Source: Alphaproteobacteria bacterium
GTDB taxonomy: Bacteria; Pseudomonadota; Alphaproteobacteria; CAAHEQ01; UBA3637
Length of the DNA: 64,000 nucleotides
Reading direction: 5' to 3'
Assembly: GCA_015062245.1 (NCBI GenBank)
Contig: SUVA01000004.1
Location: 11,343-75,342 of the forward strand
The translations under genes and the position numbers were made by a program. Below, in pieces: positions 19,409 through 32,024 of the stretch (the stretch's first letter is position 1; each line of letters starts with the position of its first letter). Below the pieces are notes generated by a model that had not been told where the DNA came from, made no database searches, and was given only the letters and a program-made list of their open reading frames with translations.

Positions 19409-21046
19409 TTAATAATCCCGCATTAAGGCTTCTTGCGACAAGGGGGATTGCAACACCTCGGGTGTCATCAAAATTACCAAAACATTTCGGCTACCTTCAT
19501 TTTTAGCATTGCCACCCAATAATCCCATTTTGGCTTTTCCGACACCTGATGTTTCGGTTGATTCATCAATATCTTCAAAACCGGTTAAGACCAAGGTTTG
19601 ACCTGAGCGCATGGCAATTTCTTGCACAAAACCACGCATTTTCAACCAAGGCAATTGCAAACTTGTTGTGGATGCTTCTTCTTCTGAATCATCCTCAGAA
19701 TCACCTTCGGAAGAAGAGCTTTCTTCGCTGGAACCGGAAGTGACTGTAAAGTTTTCCAATTCCACCAAAGAGGTGATTGACAAATTAAACAACAAAATCA
19801 AACGGCCATGATCCAAAATACGGGGCAACACTTCCATCGTAAAACCATAGTTTAAAGTATCCACTTCATAATCGGTATCGGTGGATTTATCCTCACCACT
19901 GCCCGATGTTGTAACAGTAATTTCCTTTAAATAGTTTCTGGAATCAGAAATCTGCACCGGTGCCACTTTGTTATTCAAAGTTGTGACCGTAGAACTGGTT
20001 ACCAATTGCGTTTTACCTTGCTTTGAAAAGGCCTGAATAAAGGCATTAGAACCGCTAAATTTGCTGCTGGGTCTAATCAAGGTCATCGCCAAAGAACCAG
20101 CCGTTGCAACAGCGCCACCCCCTGTCAATGTTGAGCCCAAACCAGACGGTGATAAATATGATGTTTTGATATTATTATTGCCAAAAATCAATCCCAAATC
20201 CAAACCATAGTTATCGGAATTGGTCAGAGTTACCTGTAAAATACGCACAGTTACCGCCACCTGACGGGATAATTTTTCGTTCCAATTGGCGATATAAGCT
20301 GCCACCTTACGCACGATAAAGGGGCTGGCCGTTACGGTTACGGTTCCCGCCACACGGGAAAAGGACAACTGACCGTTTTCACCGACAACTTGTTTGACAC
20401 CTTCTTCAATACTTTCCCAAACTTTTAAATCGGAATTGACCGACAAGCTGGACGAAGCATTACCGCCCCCACTTTCGCCCATGGTTGCGCCGGTAATGCT
20501 GGCCTGTAAGGATGTTTCGGTCGGCAACGCATAAACCGTAAAGACACGTGTTTCTTTTGTGTAAAAATGTATAGCCCCATCCTTATAGCGCCAATACACA
20601 TTATAACGATTAGCCAAATAATTCAACAAACCGCTTAAAGAACCGGAATATTTCAACGGCACGGCATTTTCGGGAATGGCGTTTTCTTGACGCAAATCAT
20701 CCAAGCGAATATTTATGCCCGTGATATCGGAAATTTCCTGTAAGATATTGGGCAAAGTCGCATCTTCGGATACAGCCATTGTGATACCGTCATCTTTTTC
20801 CAACCAACTGGGCAAAGAATCGCCTTCCATAATTTTGACACTTTGGTTGCCCAAGTAAATATCGTTTTGCATGCGCACGGTATCGGTGGGTTCGGGTAAA
20901 TCAGGAATTTGGGCCATTTCCTTATATTCTTCCACACGGGACAAAGTTTCCTCAATACGTTTGTTCGCCTTGGCCACATGCTGATTACATCCGGATAAGG
21001 CAACACAACCCGCCAACAAAACAATGGATAATTTTTTAATGAGCAT
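19409..21046 (-). CDS. pilN: Lipoprotein secretin (PilN/BfpB type)
   Basis: Lipobox ALSGC; TTLNNKVAP, GFTMEVLPRI, SGQTLVLTGFE, ILMTP. Confidence 0.9.
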   Translation of the reverse strand: MLIKKLSIVLLAGCVALSGCNQHVAKANKRIEETLSRVEEYKEMAQIPDLPEPTDTVRMQNDIYLGNQSVKIMEGDSLPSWLEKDDGITMAVSEDATLPNILQEISDITGINIRLDDLRQENAIPENAVPLKYSGSLSGLLNYLANRYNVYWRYKDGAIHFYTKETRVFTVYALPTETSLQASITGATMGESGGGNASSSLSVNSDLKVWESIEEGVKQVVGENGQLSFSRVAGTVTVTASPFIVRKVAAYIANWNEKLSRQVAVTVRILQVTLTNSDNYGLDLGLIFGNNNIKTSYLSPSGLGSTLTGGGAVATAGSLAMTLIRPSSKFSGSNAFIQAFSKQGKTQLVTSSTVTTLNNKVAPVQISDSRNYLKEITVTTSGSGEDKSTDTDYEVDTLNYGFTMEVLPRILDHGRLILLFNLSITSLVELENFTVTSGSSEESSSSEGDSEDDSEEEASTTSLQLPWLKMRGFVQEIAMRSGQTLVLTGFEDIDESTETSGVGKAKMGLLGGNAKNEGSRNVLVILMTPEVLQSPLSQEALMRDY

Positions 21047-21731
21047 TCTCGTCCTCCTGTATACTGACAACCAAAACACGATTACCACGATAAAAAGTTC
21101 CAATGGGTGCCGGTTTTGCACGGGCAAATGTGCGGATAATAGCACTGGCCACTTCGGTATATGTGCCACGGAAAACAACACCGGCTTCCAAATTATAATC
21201 ACGATCCAATTTCCAAACCAAAGTCCAACCGGATACTTCGGACCATTGGGTCAATAAAGATTTCAACGTTTCGCCACGGGCCGCATCCCAATCATGAACA
21301 CCTTCACCAAAGGCCACTTTTTCATTGGTATCATGGGTAACCCATTTCCCCGACAGGGTTTGATCTTCCAAACGTTCCACTTTGCGTGTCGTTTGAATAT
21401 CCTTTGCGCCCGTGCGCACACCGGAAACCTGAGTCGTTGTTGTGCGAACAGCCCCGCTGGGCAAAACTTCCACACGGGTATCGGCCGGCATAGAATAAGC
21501 CAAAGGCTGATAAGACGTTTTGGTGATGGCAGGTTCCACCTGAATTTCACCGGCCACACAATCCACGCAATCGGGCGCCAAAAACACATCATCCGTGGCA
21601 TACAACATATCGCAACCCGCCCCACCTTTTGAACAATCAACAAACTGACCGGATTGAGCATAACCACCAACAGCACTCATAACAACACCGCCGATAACCA
21701 GAGCATTTAATAAATTCATTTTTTTTAGCAT
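21036..21731 (-). CDS. PilL/TcpQ-domain protein
   Basis: Signal peptide; C-terminal W.A.RGETLKSLLTQWSEVSGWTLVW...DY...F.G TcpQ-like domain. Confidence 0.75.
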   Translation of the reverse strand: MLKKMNLLNALVIGGVVMSAVGGYAQSGQFVDCSKGGAGCDMLYATDDVFLAPDCVDCVAGEIQVEPAITKTSYQPLAYSMPADTRVEVLPSGAVRTTTTQVSGVRTGAKDIQTTRKVERLEDQTLSGKWVTHDTNEKVAFGEGVHDWDAARGETLKSLLTQWSEVSGWTLVWKLDRDYNLEAGVVFRGTYTEVASAIIRTFARAKPAPIGTFYRGNRVLVVSIQEDENAH

Positions 21732-21791
21732 ATCAATCTCCCTGTTTTTCAAAAAACATACACTGTTTTTTTTTATAATACAAGCATTTTT

Positions 21792-22553
21792 TTACCAATT
21801 AATTGTTTTTTGTCTTTTTTTATCTTTTTTTACCTCTTTATCAATTGCATTTGCATAACCGATTAAAACATTATCCACCGCACGGGGGCTTTTGTAAACA
21901 TAGATTTGATGGCGTGAAACACCCTGTTCCATCACGGCCTGTAACATCAACGCCACACGTTTGCTTTGCAACGGCCAATTTTCATCAGATGCACGAATTT
22001 CCACCACCAAACGGGGATCATCACGCACTTTCAACGCAAAAATTTTAATCCATTTTAATGCCTGAGCCGACAAAGCCGATTGCCCCGGATAAAAAGAAAT
22101 GCGAATTTCACGGGGAGCCGAAAAAAAAGTCTTTTTACCGCCTTGTAATTCGGCCAACAAATTATTGGCGTATTCGGGCTGTTTTATAAGTGGTGTAATT
22201 TTTGTATCCACCACAGGTTCAAAGGTTACCTGAGGCATCGGCAAATCCGGCAACTTCGTTAAAACATTTTTTTTGGGGTAATATAAACCGGGGGTTGGCG
22301 TAATTGTTTTGGATTCAATCGGCCGTATGGGTTGGTTGGCATTTAATTTTAAAGCGTTTTCGCCAAAAATCTCACTCAATATATCTTTTTGCGGGGGAAT
22401 TTGGGGCGTTTCAACAAAAACAGGGGCATCCGGCATGGCATAGGTGGGTCCCAAAAAATCATCAGCATTGGGCATAGATAAAACATCCGATGTTTGAGCA
22501 AAAACCCCAAAAGACCATCCCAATACAGCCCAACCAATTAAAAACTTTTTCAT
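21792..22553 (-). CDS. Secreted Pro-rich protein with OmpA_C-like C-terminal domain
   Basis: Signal peptide; ISFYPGQSALS...L...GV...I pattern. Confidence 0.55.
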   Translation of the reverse strand: MKKFLIGWAVLGWSFGVFAQTSDVLSMPNADDFLGPTYAMPDAPVFVETPQIPPQKDILSEIFGENALKLNANQPIRPIESKTITPTPGLYYPKKNVLTKLPDLPMPQVTFEPVVDTKITPLIKQPEYANNLLAELQGGKKTFFSAPREIRISFYPGQSALSAQALKWIKIFALKVRDDPRLVVEIRASDENWPLQSKRVALMLQAVMEQGVSRHQIYVYKSPRAVDNVLIGYANAIDKEVKKDKKRQKTINW

Positions 22554-22604
22554 GCATCCCCCGATGCGAATGTTAAAACCGGATTTAATCATAAACATTA
22601 AAAA

Positions 22605-22621
22605 GTTAATAATTTATTAAC
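22605..22621. promoter_or_regulatory. Candidate CtrA box TTAA-N7-TTAAC
   Basis: GTTAA-TAATTTA-TTAAC upstream of the pil operon; AT-rich context raises the chance of a random match. Confidence 0.4.
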
Positions 22622-22851
22622 AATTGTGAAATTTTTATTTTTTTTGCATTTTTTTATAAAAAATACTGGACAAAGGCAAAATTTTGTTTATGATGTAGTT
22701 ATGGTTTGGAATGGTTCTGAACCAAAAATCAACCCTTATAAGGAGTCATGAAAATCAAAATAAAAAATTGGCCGGCGTATCGTAATCGTCAAAAAATTTT
22801 TGAATTTGAATTGAATTGATGCATCATAAAAAAAAGAAAGGAATATAAAAA

Positions 22852-23187
22852 ATGAAAAAATTATTTAAAACTTTGGCCATTGTGGCCATCTTCGGTATCA
22901 TGGCCTTTGCCGGCAACGCTTGGGCACAAGGTATATCCGGCGTTGTCGATGAACTTTCAAATGTTTTTAATGACGTCAGAACTGTCTTTTATATTTTGGC
23001 CGCTTTTGGTTTGATCGGTATGGCCGCCGGCGCTTTGTTGGGTAAAGTCAAATGGTCATGGTTGTGGGCTTTGGTGTTCGGTGTGGCCGTTGTCGCCTGT
23101 GCCGATTTCATTGTTAGCTACGCTGCTGGCGGAAGCCAAGGACAAAACACTGTGGATCTTGGCAATATGGAACAAGGGTATATTTAA
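22852..23187 (+). CDS. TrbC/VirB2-like pilin
   Basis: Signal peptide ending AWA-Q followed by two hydrophobic helices separated by GKVKW. Confidence 0.65.
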   Translation: MKKLFKTLAIVAIFGIMAFAGNAWAQGISGVVDELSNVFNDVRTVFYILAAFGLIGMAAGALLGKVKWSWLWALVFGVAVVACADFIVSYAAGGSQGQNTVDLGNMEQGYI

Positions 23188-23200
23188 TGTATCCACCAAA

Positions 23201-23231
23201 AAGACACTCCGTTTCAACGGGGTGTTTTTTT
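23201..23231 (+). terminator. Intrinsic terminator
   Basis: ACACTCCGT/ACGGGGTGT hairpin plus T run. Confidence 0.7.
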
Positions 23232-23311
23232 ATGCCCCGAATAAATTATTTATAAAAAATAGCAGAGAGTAAATACTTCTTGCTTTTTAATGTAAATCAT
23301 CATACAATTGA

Positions 23312-25372
<2,061 letters not shown>

Positions 25373-25403
25373 GGCTATGATACCTTGAAAAAAGGGGAGA
25401 ATT

Positions 25404-28061
25404 ATGGAAGATTTTAATCAAAATACGCCTAGACCGTCAACTGAGGGCCCTCGCATGAGCGCCAATCATGGCGAATTGTATGCACAAATCACGGCCGAAG
25501 ATGAAGAAGTTGTAACCGTTGCCCCCAAAAAACAATCGCACATCATATCTTTGATGGCCATTTTGATGAAAATCACTTTCCATATTGATGCTTTTCGCAG
25601 AAGCAATGAAAGGTTATTTATCTTTTTGCATTCCATTTGGGCCGGCGCCATGAGTGTTTTGTATTTATCCGGTATCATTACATTATGTTTGTGTATTTTT
25701 TCTTTTGCCCAATTGCCGACTTATTTAAAAGATTATTTGGACAAAAACGGCATTCAGTATGGTTCTTTGGAAATGCCCGATTATTCACTTTCGCAAATCA
25801 ATATCACAAACTTAAAAGACATCAATAACAACTATACAATACCAAGTGTTACCATTCATTCAACTTTTGCCGACTTGTTGCAAAATAGAATCCGTATGTT
25901 GGAAATCAACGGATTAAGAATCAATCTAAATAATAAATCAAACAATGATTTGGAAGGGGCAAAACTACTCTTCGGATTATTGGAAAAACTGAGCGCTCCC
26001 AACAGCGAAAATCAGGATTTAAATATCAATATCGTTCATGTCAATAATGCCGCCTTAACCGTTCAGGGAAAAGAACAAAACGTATCTGTGGCCTTTTCTT
26101 TGTCCGGCACATATATGAACGAAAATCAGGTTGTTATTCCTTTTTCAATCAACGAAGATTTTTTAAGAATAGATGCTTTTTTGCAAATAACAGGCCCACA
26201 ACAAAATCGTCAAATTGAAATAAAAACAACCAATGTCGGTGAAATTACTTTGCCCCAAAGATTACCCGAAAAATTGGAAGGAAACATTACCTTAAAAATG
26301 CAACAAAACAACATCCAAAATATTTTGATGGATGCAAAATTAAGCCGTTCTAATTCCATAAAGAAAATTCAAGTGGATTTAGAAAACAACGGACAAAATA
26401 AGTTTGACGGCAACTTTATGTTCGCTGAATCAGCAACGGAAAATGCCGAACCGACAACTGATTTGGTTTTATACATAAAAGAATTGGAATTAAACAATGA
26501 CGGGCAGTTGATTTCAAATGCACCGTTACAATTGAATTTAAAACATTTTGAAAATCAGTTTGTTGTACTTGACAACTTACAATCCAACTTAAACGGTCAA
26601 CTGAATTGTTCTTTGAAAAATAAAAAATGTGATTATACCATACAAAAAGAAAGTATGTTGAATGTCAATGCCTTTTCTTTTGACATCAAAAATCAATCGT
26701 TGTTTTTTTCAAATCCAAGCGCTTTTACTTTGAAGTCCGTCAATAAAAAAGCCATAACACTTCAATTTAAAAATCCGTATATGCAACTTGAATTGCCGAT
26801 TAAAGGGCCAAAGTTAAATGGCTATATCGGCACCAATCAAGAAAAATTATCAATAGAAGCCGATGATTTAAATTTAATTATCCATTTGGGACAAGACAGA
26901 AGCGATAACCATTTACAATTATCCGTCAAAAAAGCCAATTATCAAACATCAGGATTGACAATAAACGAAATGGATCTTTTTGTGGAGGATTATTTTAATC
27001 CAACCGCCAAAATTCAATTAAATGCGAACAAGCTTCAAACCTCTTCGCCATTGATGTTAAAACCCGTCAAATTGGATATTTTAAATATAGGCGAACAAAC
27101 ATCCGTAAAAGGTTCTGTTTTGGATACACCCATTGCATTTGAAGCATATGGCATTTTGAACCCGTTCAAATCTTATTTTTCGGGAAAATTTTCCATCCCT
27201 GAATTTGATTTAAATCAGCTACCTTTTGAATTATCCGAACTATCCCAAATTTTCCCATCCAAGCTTTCAAATGTTGGCGGGCAAGTTATGGCCTATGGTC
27301 AATTAAATCTGTCTGATGCTGATATAACAGGACCAATGAATATCGCATTAAAAGACATTGAATTTGATTTAGATGGTACAAATGTATCGGGCCTTAACAG
27401 TGTTTTAAAATTAAAATCTTTATTGCCTTTGATTACAAACAACAATCAAAATCTGTTTGTTCAAAACATTCAAGCATTGGTACCGATTTCCAATTTAGAT
27501 ATGCAATTCCAAATCAACAATCAATCTTTGCGATTGGCCAATTTAAATGCCCAAATTGCGGGGCAAGACGTTATGATGTCCAGCACATTGATTCCCATGA
27601 AAAATCCAAGTGAGATTTTGTCATTAAAAACAGCTGGCACATTTAATTCAGAGGATTTAAATGATTATATGCAATTGTCCGGCATATCCATAGAAGATGG
27701 TAAAGCCTCACTGAACATTCCTGTTTTTATTTCAAATAACGGCATTGACTTTGGAAATTTAACGTTAAAACTTTCCAATACAACCTGGCAAAAACAATCC
27801 GATGAAACGCTTATTCCAAATTTATTCAGTGTTGCTTCAACGGGCTATACCGTGCGTTCCGGTCAATTGATTTTAAACGCCGACAATGAATTGGATGTTA
27901 CTTTGGACGGATGGTTGTTACCCGATAATATTAAAAAATCATATGGTCCAAATCTGATTCAATTGGATGAACCGTTATTTTTGAAAAGTCAGAGCTTGCC
28001 TGTACCAAGCGAAATTCAAAATGAACAAAATCAATTGTTTGAAACGGAAAATATAAAATGA
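25404..28061 (+). CDS. YdbH/AsmA-like intermembrane lipid transport protein
   Basis: N-terminal TM anchor followed by a long beta-rich body. Confidence 0.55.
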   Translation: MEDFNQNTPRPSTEGPRMSANHGELYAQITAEDEEVVTVAPKKQSHIISLMAILMKITFHIDAFRRSNERLFIFLHSIWAGAMSVLYLSGIITLCLCIFSFAQLPTYLKDYLDKNGIQYGSLEMPDYSLSQINITNLKDINNNYTIPSVTIHSTFADLLQNRIRMLEINGLRINLNNKSNNDLEGAKLLFGLLEKLSAPNSENQDLNINIVHVNNAALTVQGKEQNVSVAFSLSGTYMNENQVVIPFSINEDFLRIDAFLQITGPQQNRQIEIKTTNVGEITLPQRLPEKLEGNITLKMQQNNIQNILMDAKLSRSNSIKKIQVDLENNGQNKFDGNFMFAESATENAEPTTDLVLYIKELELNNDGQLISNAPLQLNLKHFENQFVVLDNLQSNLNGQLNCSLKNKKCDYTIQKESMLNVNAFSFDIKNQSLFFSNPSAFTLKSVNKKAITLQFKNPYMQLELPIKGPKLNGYIGTNQEKLSIEADDLNLIIHLGQDRSDNHLQLSVKKANYQTSGLTINEMDLFVEDYFNPTAKIQLNANKLQTSSPLMLKPVKLDILNIGEQTSVKGSVLDTPIAFEAYGILNPFKSYFSGKFSIPEFDLNQLPFELSELSQIFPSKLSNVGGQVMAYGQLNLSDADITGPMNIALKDIEFDLDGTNVSGLNSVLKLKSLLPLITNNNQNLFVQNIQALVPISNLDMQFQINNQSLRLANLNAQIAGQDVMMSSTLIPMKNPSEILSLKTAGTFNSEDLNDYMQLSGISIEDGKASLNIPVFISNNGIDFGNLTLKLSNTTWQKQSDETLIPNLFSVASTGYTVRSGQLILNADNELDVTLDGWLLPDNIKKSYGPNLIQLDEPLFLKSQSLPVPSEIQNEQNQLFETENIK

Positions 28062-28456
28062 AAAAGTGGGTTATATGCGGTTTATTGATGCTGACGGGGT
28101 GCGCCAAATCTTTTTTGGTTCAACCTGAAATTTCCCGTTCGCAAATATTTTATGGTCAAACGGTGGCTGAATTGCAGGATAACTTTGGCATCCCGACAAA
28201 GGCCGAAAGATTTGCCTATGATGTTATAGTTTATACTTTTGATAACCAAGATATTGTTGCCGGCCGATTGGATAAAATCGTCAAAAATTGTAATTTGCGC
28301 GTCTTTGTTCAAAATGCTCGTGTCATAGATTGGGAATGGAAAGGCAATAATTGTCAATTCAAAGTAAAGAAAACGCAGAGTTTGTTGCTGGACGATTTTT
28401 ATGAAGGCTTTAATACACCCAACCAAACAAAAGAATACGAAGATATGTTTGATTAA
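28058..28456 (+). CDS. Lipoprotein
   Basis: Lipobox LTGC; ATGA-coupled to the upstream gene. Confidence 0.7.
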   Translation: MKKWVICGLLMLTGCAKSFLVQPEISRSQIFYGQTVAELQDNFGIPTKAERFAYDVIVYTFDNQDIVAGRLDKIVKNCNLRVFVQNARVIDWEWKGNNCQFKVKKTQSLLLDDFYEGFNTPNQTKEYEDMFD

Positions 28457-29400
28457 CCGGCTCGTGGGTGGGATTTTTGATAAACCCGTTGCATATCACG
28501 TGTGGTAATTTTGGTGTATCTTTGCGTGGCCGATAAAGTTTTATGCCCCAACAATTCCTGAATGCTTTTTAAATCCCCGCCATTTTCCAATAAATGCGTG
28601 GCAAAGCTGTGGCGCAGGGCATGTGGCGTGGTTGTTTCAGGCAAAGATAACTTTTCACGAATTTTACGCACGGTTCTTTGAACCACACCCGGGTTGATTC
28701 TGTCCCCATGAAAACCGACAAAAAGCGGATTGTTCGGGTGTGGATAAGGGTGATGATCCAAATACGTTTGTAATATCGTTTGAACAGCCGGCAAAACAGG
28801 CACCAAACGTTCCTTGTTTCCTTTTCCTTTAATACACAAAACTTCAGGCATCGGCACAACGTCTTTCACATCCAAGGCCAAAGCTTCGGCAATACGCAAA
28901 CCGCAACCGTACATCAATGTAAACAGCGCCCTATCCCGCCAACCTGACCATGGATATTTATGTAATTCAAAAGCCGTTTTTAAAAACTTTTTCGCCTGTT
29001 CCGATGTAATCGGATGGGGTAAATGATGTTTGGGGCGTGCCACGGCAACCGACATAACGGCCGTATTTTTTAATATGTTTTGACGCATCAGATATTTAAA
29101 AAAGTTTTTTATGGCGGATATGCCACGGGCAACCGTTGTGCGATCCGCCTGATTTTGATGGCGCCAAGCCAAAAAAGAACGAAAATCAGTTACACTTAAA
29201 TCCTGTAATAATTTTTCATCAACCGGTTGCGAAAAAGATGAAAATAAAAAATCACAAAAGCCTTTCATATCTTCCATATAAGACGAAACGGTTTTATCGG
29301 ATAAATTACGCTGAACGGATAAATATTCGCACCATTGGTCCAACATTTTTCGGACATTTTCATCGGTTGTTTCACTTAAAGGGTTGAATTGTGTCGTCAT
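28453..29400 (-). CDS. xerC: Tyrosine recombinase XerC
   Basis: YGCGLRIAE, GKGNKER, TPHALRHSFATHLL, LLGH..LSATQRY; adjacent to priA. Confidence 0.9.
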   Translation of the reverse strand: MTTQFNPLSETTDENVRKMLDQWCEYLSVQRNLSDKTVSSYMEDMKGFCDFLFSSFSQPVDEKLLQDLSVTDFRSFLAWRHQNQADRTTVARGISAIKNFFKYLMRQNILKNTAVMSVAVARPKHHLPHPITSEQAKKFLKTAFELHKYPWSGWRDRALFTLMYGCGLRIAEALALDVKDVVPMPEVLCIKGKGNKERLVPVLPAVQTILQTYLDHHPYPHPNNPLFVGFHGDRINPGVVQRTVRKIREKLSLPETTTPHALRHSFATHLLENGGDLKSIQELLGHKTLSATQRYTKITTRDMQRVYQKSHPRAG

Positions 29401-29445
29401 TTTGTGTATCCTTTATAAAAAGATTTTAAAGGAAAAATAAAAAAA

Positions 29446-31398
29446 ATGCAACGCCTGTCTGTTTTATTTCCCGTGGCATTAGGGACCTATGATTATTTAT
29501 CGGATGAAAATTTAACACCTGGGACTTTTGTATCCGCCCAATTGGGGCGTAAAAAATTGGTGGGCGTTGTTTGGGATAAAAAACCGGATGAATCATATCC
29601 CGAAAATAAATTAAAAAAAATTGATGCTGTTTTGCCTGAACCGCCTTTAAACAAACAAACCATGCGCTTTATCAACTGGGTGGCCGGTTATACCTTAACA
29701 CCCGTTGGGGCTGTTTTAAAAATGGCATTAAATCCCGAAATGGGAAAGGTCAGCAAAAAACCTTTAATCTTTATGCCCCCTAACCCACATCACGACCAGA
29801 TTCATTTTTCACCATCCCAAGAAAAAGTCGTCCGACAATTATGTCAAATGCAAAAGTTTCAGGTGGCCCTGTTGGATGGCGTGACGGGCTCAGGCAAAAC
29901 AGAAGTCTACTTTGAAAAAACCGCTGATGTTTTGGAAAAAACAAATCAACAAATTTTGGTATTATTGCCCGAAATTATCTTAACAACCGCTTGGTTAAAT
30001 CGCTTTGAAAAACGTTTTGGTGTTAAACCGGCCCTGTGGCATTCATCACTCACACCCAAACAAAGGCGGGACACTTGGGAGGCTGTCAGAAACGGTTCAG
30101 CCCGTGTAGTGGTGGGGGCTCGTTCGGCTTTATTTTTACCTTTTACGGATTTGGGTTTAATTATCGTGGACGAAGAACACGATCCATCTTTTAAACAAGA
30201 AGAAGGTGTTTTATATCACGCACGGGATATGGCTGTTGTACGTGCCAAAATTGCGGATTGCCCTTTGATTTTGGCCAGTGCGACCCCCAGCTTGGAAACC
30301 TATGTCCACACCCATCAGGGCGATTATTTACATTTAATTTTAGCCGAACGTTTTGCCGGCGCCCGATTGCCCGATATTCAAATCACCGATATGCGTCAAA
30401 AAGAAAAAGGCCCCATCCAATTTATATCAAAAGATTTACAAGATGCATTAAAAGAAAAGCTGGATAAAAAAGAACAATCTTTATTGTTTTTAAACCGCCG
30501 TGGCTATGCGCCTTTGATGTTGTGTCGCAACTGTGGTCACCGTTTACAATGTCCGCATTGTTCGGCATGGCTGGTCACCCATAAAGGCGATAAGAATTTA
30601 CAATGTCATCATTGCGGTTATCACTTGCCTGTGCCGAAAAAATGCCCAGTTTGTCAGGCGGAAAATCTGGTGGCCTGTGGGCCGGGGGTGGAACGTGTGG
30701 CCGAAGAAACAATTTCTTTGTTTCCTGATGCCAAAATTGCCCAAATCACATCCGAAACATTAAAAAACCCAAAGGATTTTGAAACCATTATTGAACAAAT
30801 GGATAATGGCGAAATTGACATTTTAATCGGCACTCAAATTTTGGCCAAAGGGCATCACTTTTCCAATTTGACATTGGTGGGTGTGATTGATGCCGATATG
30901 GGGTTGGCGGGCGGTGATTTACGGGCGGGAGAAAGAACTTTTCAATTGATTCAACAGGTGATGGGACGGGCCGGTCGTGAAAGTAAAAAAGGCTTGGCGA
31001 TTTTGCAATCCTATAATCCCGATAATTTAATTATTCAGGCCTTACAAAAAAACGACCGTTCCGCTTTTTTAAACGAAGAAATGGCCACACGCAAAATATT
31101 AAAAATGCCACCATTTGGAAAATTGGCCAGCCTGATTATCAGCGGAAAAAATCAAACCTTAACCTATCAAACCGTTCAAAAAATCGTGCGCCACGCCCCA
31201 CAACAAGACGGCGTTTTGGTGATGGGTCCCGTGGTGGCGCCTATTTCAAAATTGCGGGGCAAATATCGCTATCGTTTATTGGTCAAAACCAACAAGCAAA
31301 CAAACATTCAAAACTATTTGCATCTGTGGATGGACGGTGCTGTCATTCCACCGTCTGTGGATGTACGTATTGACATTGACCCTTACAGCTTTTTTTAA
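29446..31398 (+). CDS. priA: Primosomal protein N' helicase
   Basis: GVTGSGKTEVY, DEEHD, SATPS, four CxxC pairs, DIDP C-terminus. Confidence 0.96.
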   Translation: MQRLSVLFPVALGTYDYLSDENLTPGTFVSAQLGRKKLVGVVWDKKPDESYPENKLKKIDAVLPEPPLNKQTMRFINWVAGYTLTPVGAVLKMALNPEMGKVSKKPLIFMPPNPHHDQIHFSPSQEKVVRQLCQMQKFQVALLDGVTGSGKTEVYFEKTADVLEKTNQQILVLLPEIILTTAWLNRFEKRFGVKPALWHSSLTPKQRRDTWEAVRNGSARVVVGARSALFLPFTDLGLIIVDEEHDPSFKQEEGVLYHARDMAVVRAKIADCPLILASATPSLETYVHTHQGDYLHLILAERFAGARLPDIQITDMRQKEKGPIQFISKDLQDALKEKLDKKEQSLLFLNRRGYAPLMLCRNCGHRLQCPHCSAWLVTHKGDKNLQCHHCGYHLPVPKKCPVCQAENLVACGPGVERVAEETISLFPDAKIAQITSETLKNPKDFETIIEQMDNGEIDILIGTQILAKGHHFSNLTLVGVIDADMGLAGGDLRAGERTFQLIQQVMGRAGRESKKGLAILQSYNPDNLIIQALQKNDRSAFLNEEMATRKILKMPPFGKLASLIISGKNQTLTYQTVQKIVRHAPQQDGVLVMGPVVAPISKLRGKYRYRLLVKTNKQTNIQNYLHLWMDGAVIPPSVDVRIDIDPYSFF

Positions 31399-31408
31399 AG
31401 GATGAAAA

Positions 31409-31681
31409 ATGAACGATAAAACAGTTTTACAAATTCGCCTGAGCCCCGGTGCCAAACGCTGTGGAGTGGAAGGATTATGGAATAACACCCATTGGAAAAT
31501 TGCCGTCAAAGAACGGGCGGTGGACGGTCGGGCCAATCAAGCCCTGATTGATTTTTTATCGGATGAATTAAAAATCCCCAAAAAAATGATTCAAATCACC
31601 GCTGGCCACACCAATCGTTTAAAGCGGGTGGAAATAGCCAAAAGCATTGATTTGCCGTGGACAGATAATAAAAGTGCATAA
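31409..31681 (+). CDS. DUF167/YggU family protein
   Basis: LSPGAK...DGRANQALIDFLS...GHTNRLK. Confidence 0.85.
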   Translation: MNDKTVLQIRLSPGAKRCGVEGLWNNTHWKIAVKERAVDGRANQALIDFLSDELKIPKKMIQITAGHTNRLKRVEIAKSIDLPWTDNKSA

Positions 31682-31734
31682 TTTTTTAAAAAAGGATTGC
31701 ATTTTAAATGAAAATAAGTTATAATTACCCTTGT

Positions 31735-31810
31735 GCCGACATAGCTCAGCTGGTAGAGCAACTGATTTGTAATCAGTAGGTCCTTGGTTCGAATCCGAGT
31801 GTCGGCACCA
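31735..31810 (+). tRNA. tRNA-Thr(TGT)
   Basis: Cloverleaf GCCGACA...GTCGGCACCA, anticodon TGT. Confidence 0.97.
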
Positions 31811-31955
31811 TTTTTATGCCTTGATTTACAAGGCTTTTTTTATATCAAAGAAATTGTATTTTATCTTTTTCTTGTTTTTGTGTTTTCCTTTATTTTCAGG
31901 CACTTACATCAAATCCTAACGTTAAAAACAACCGGAAATATACAAAATGAAAAAC

Positions 31956-31977
31956 TGTGATGCAAAGTGTGATGCAA
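31956..31977. repeat. TGTGATGCAA direct repeat, resembling integrase arm-type sites
   Basis: Copies at 31956-31965 and 31968-31977, about 150 bp downstream of tRNA-Thr. Confidence 0.5.
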
Positions 31978-32024
31978 TTAATGCTCCAAGACCTATTCAT
32001 TTATGGTTGAGAAATAACACATTT

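Noticed and set aside
28453-29400. Tyrosine recombinase as the integrase of the phage-like module or island
   Set aside because: It has XerC length and motifs, sits next to priA as in other Alphaproteobacteria, and is 14 kb from the module.
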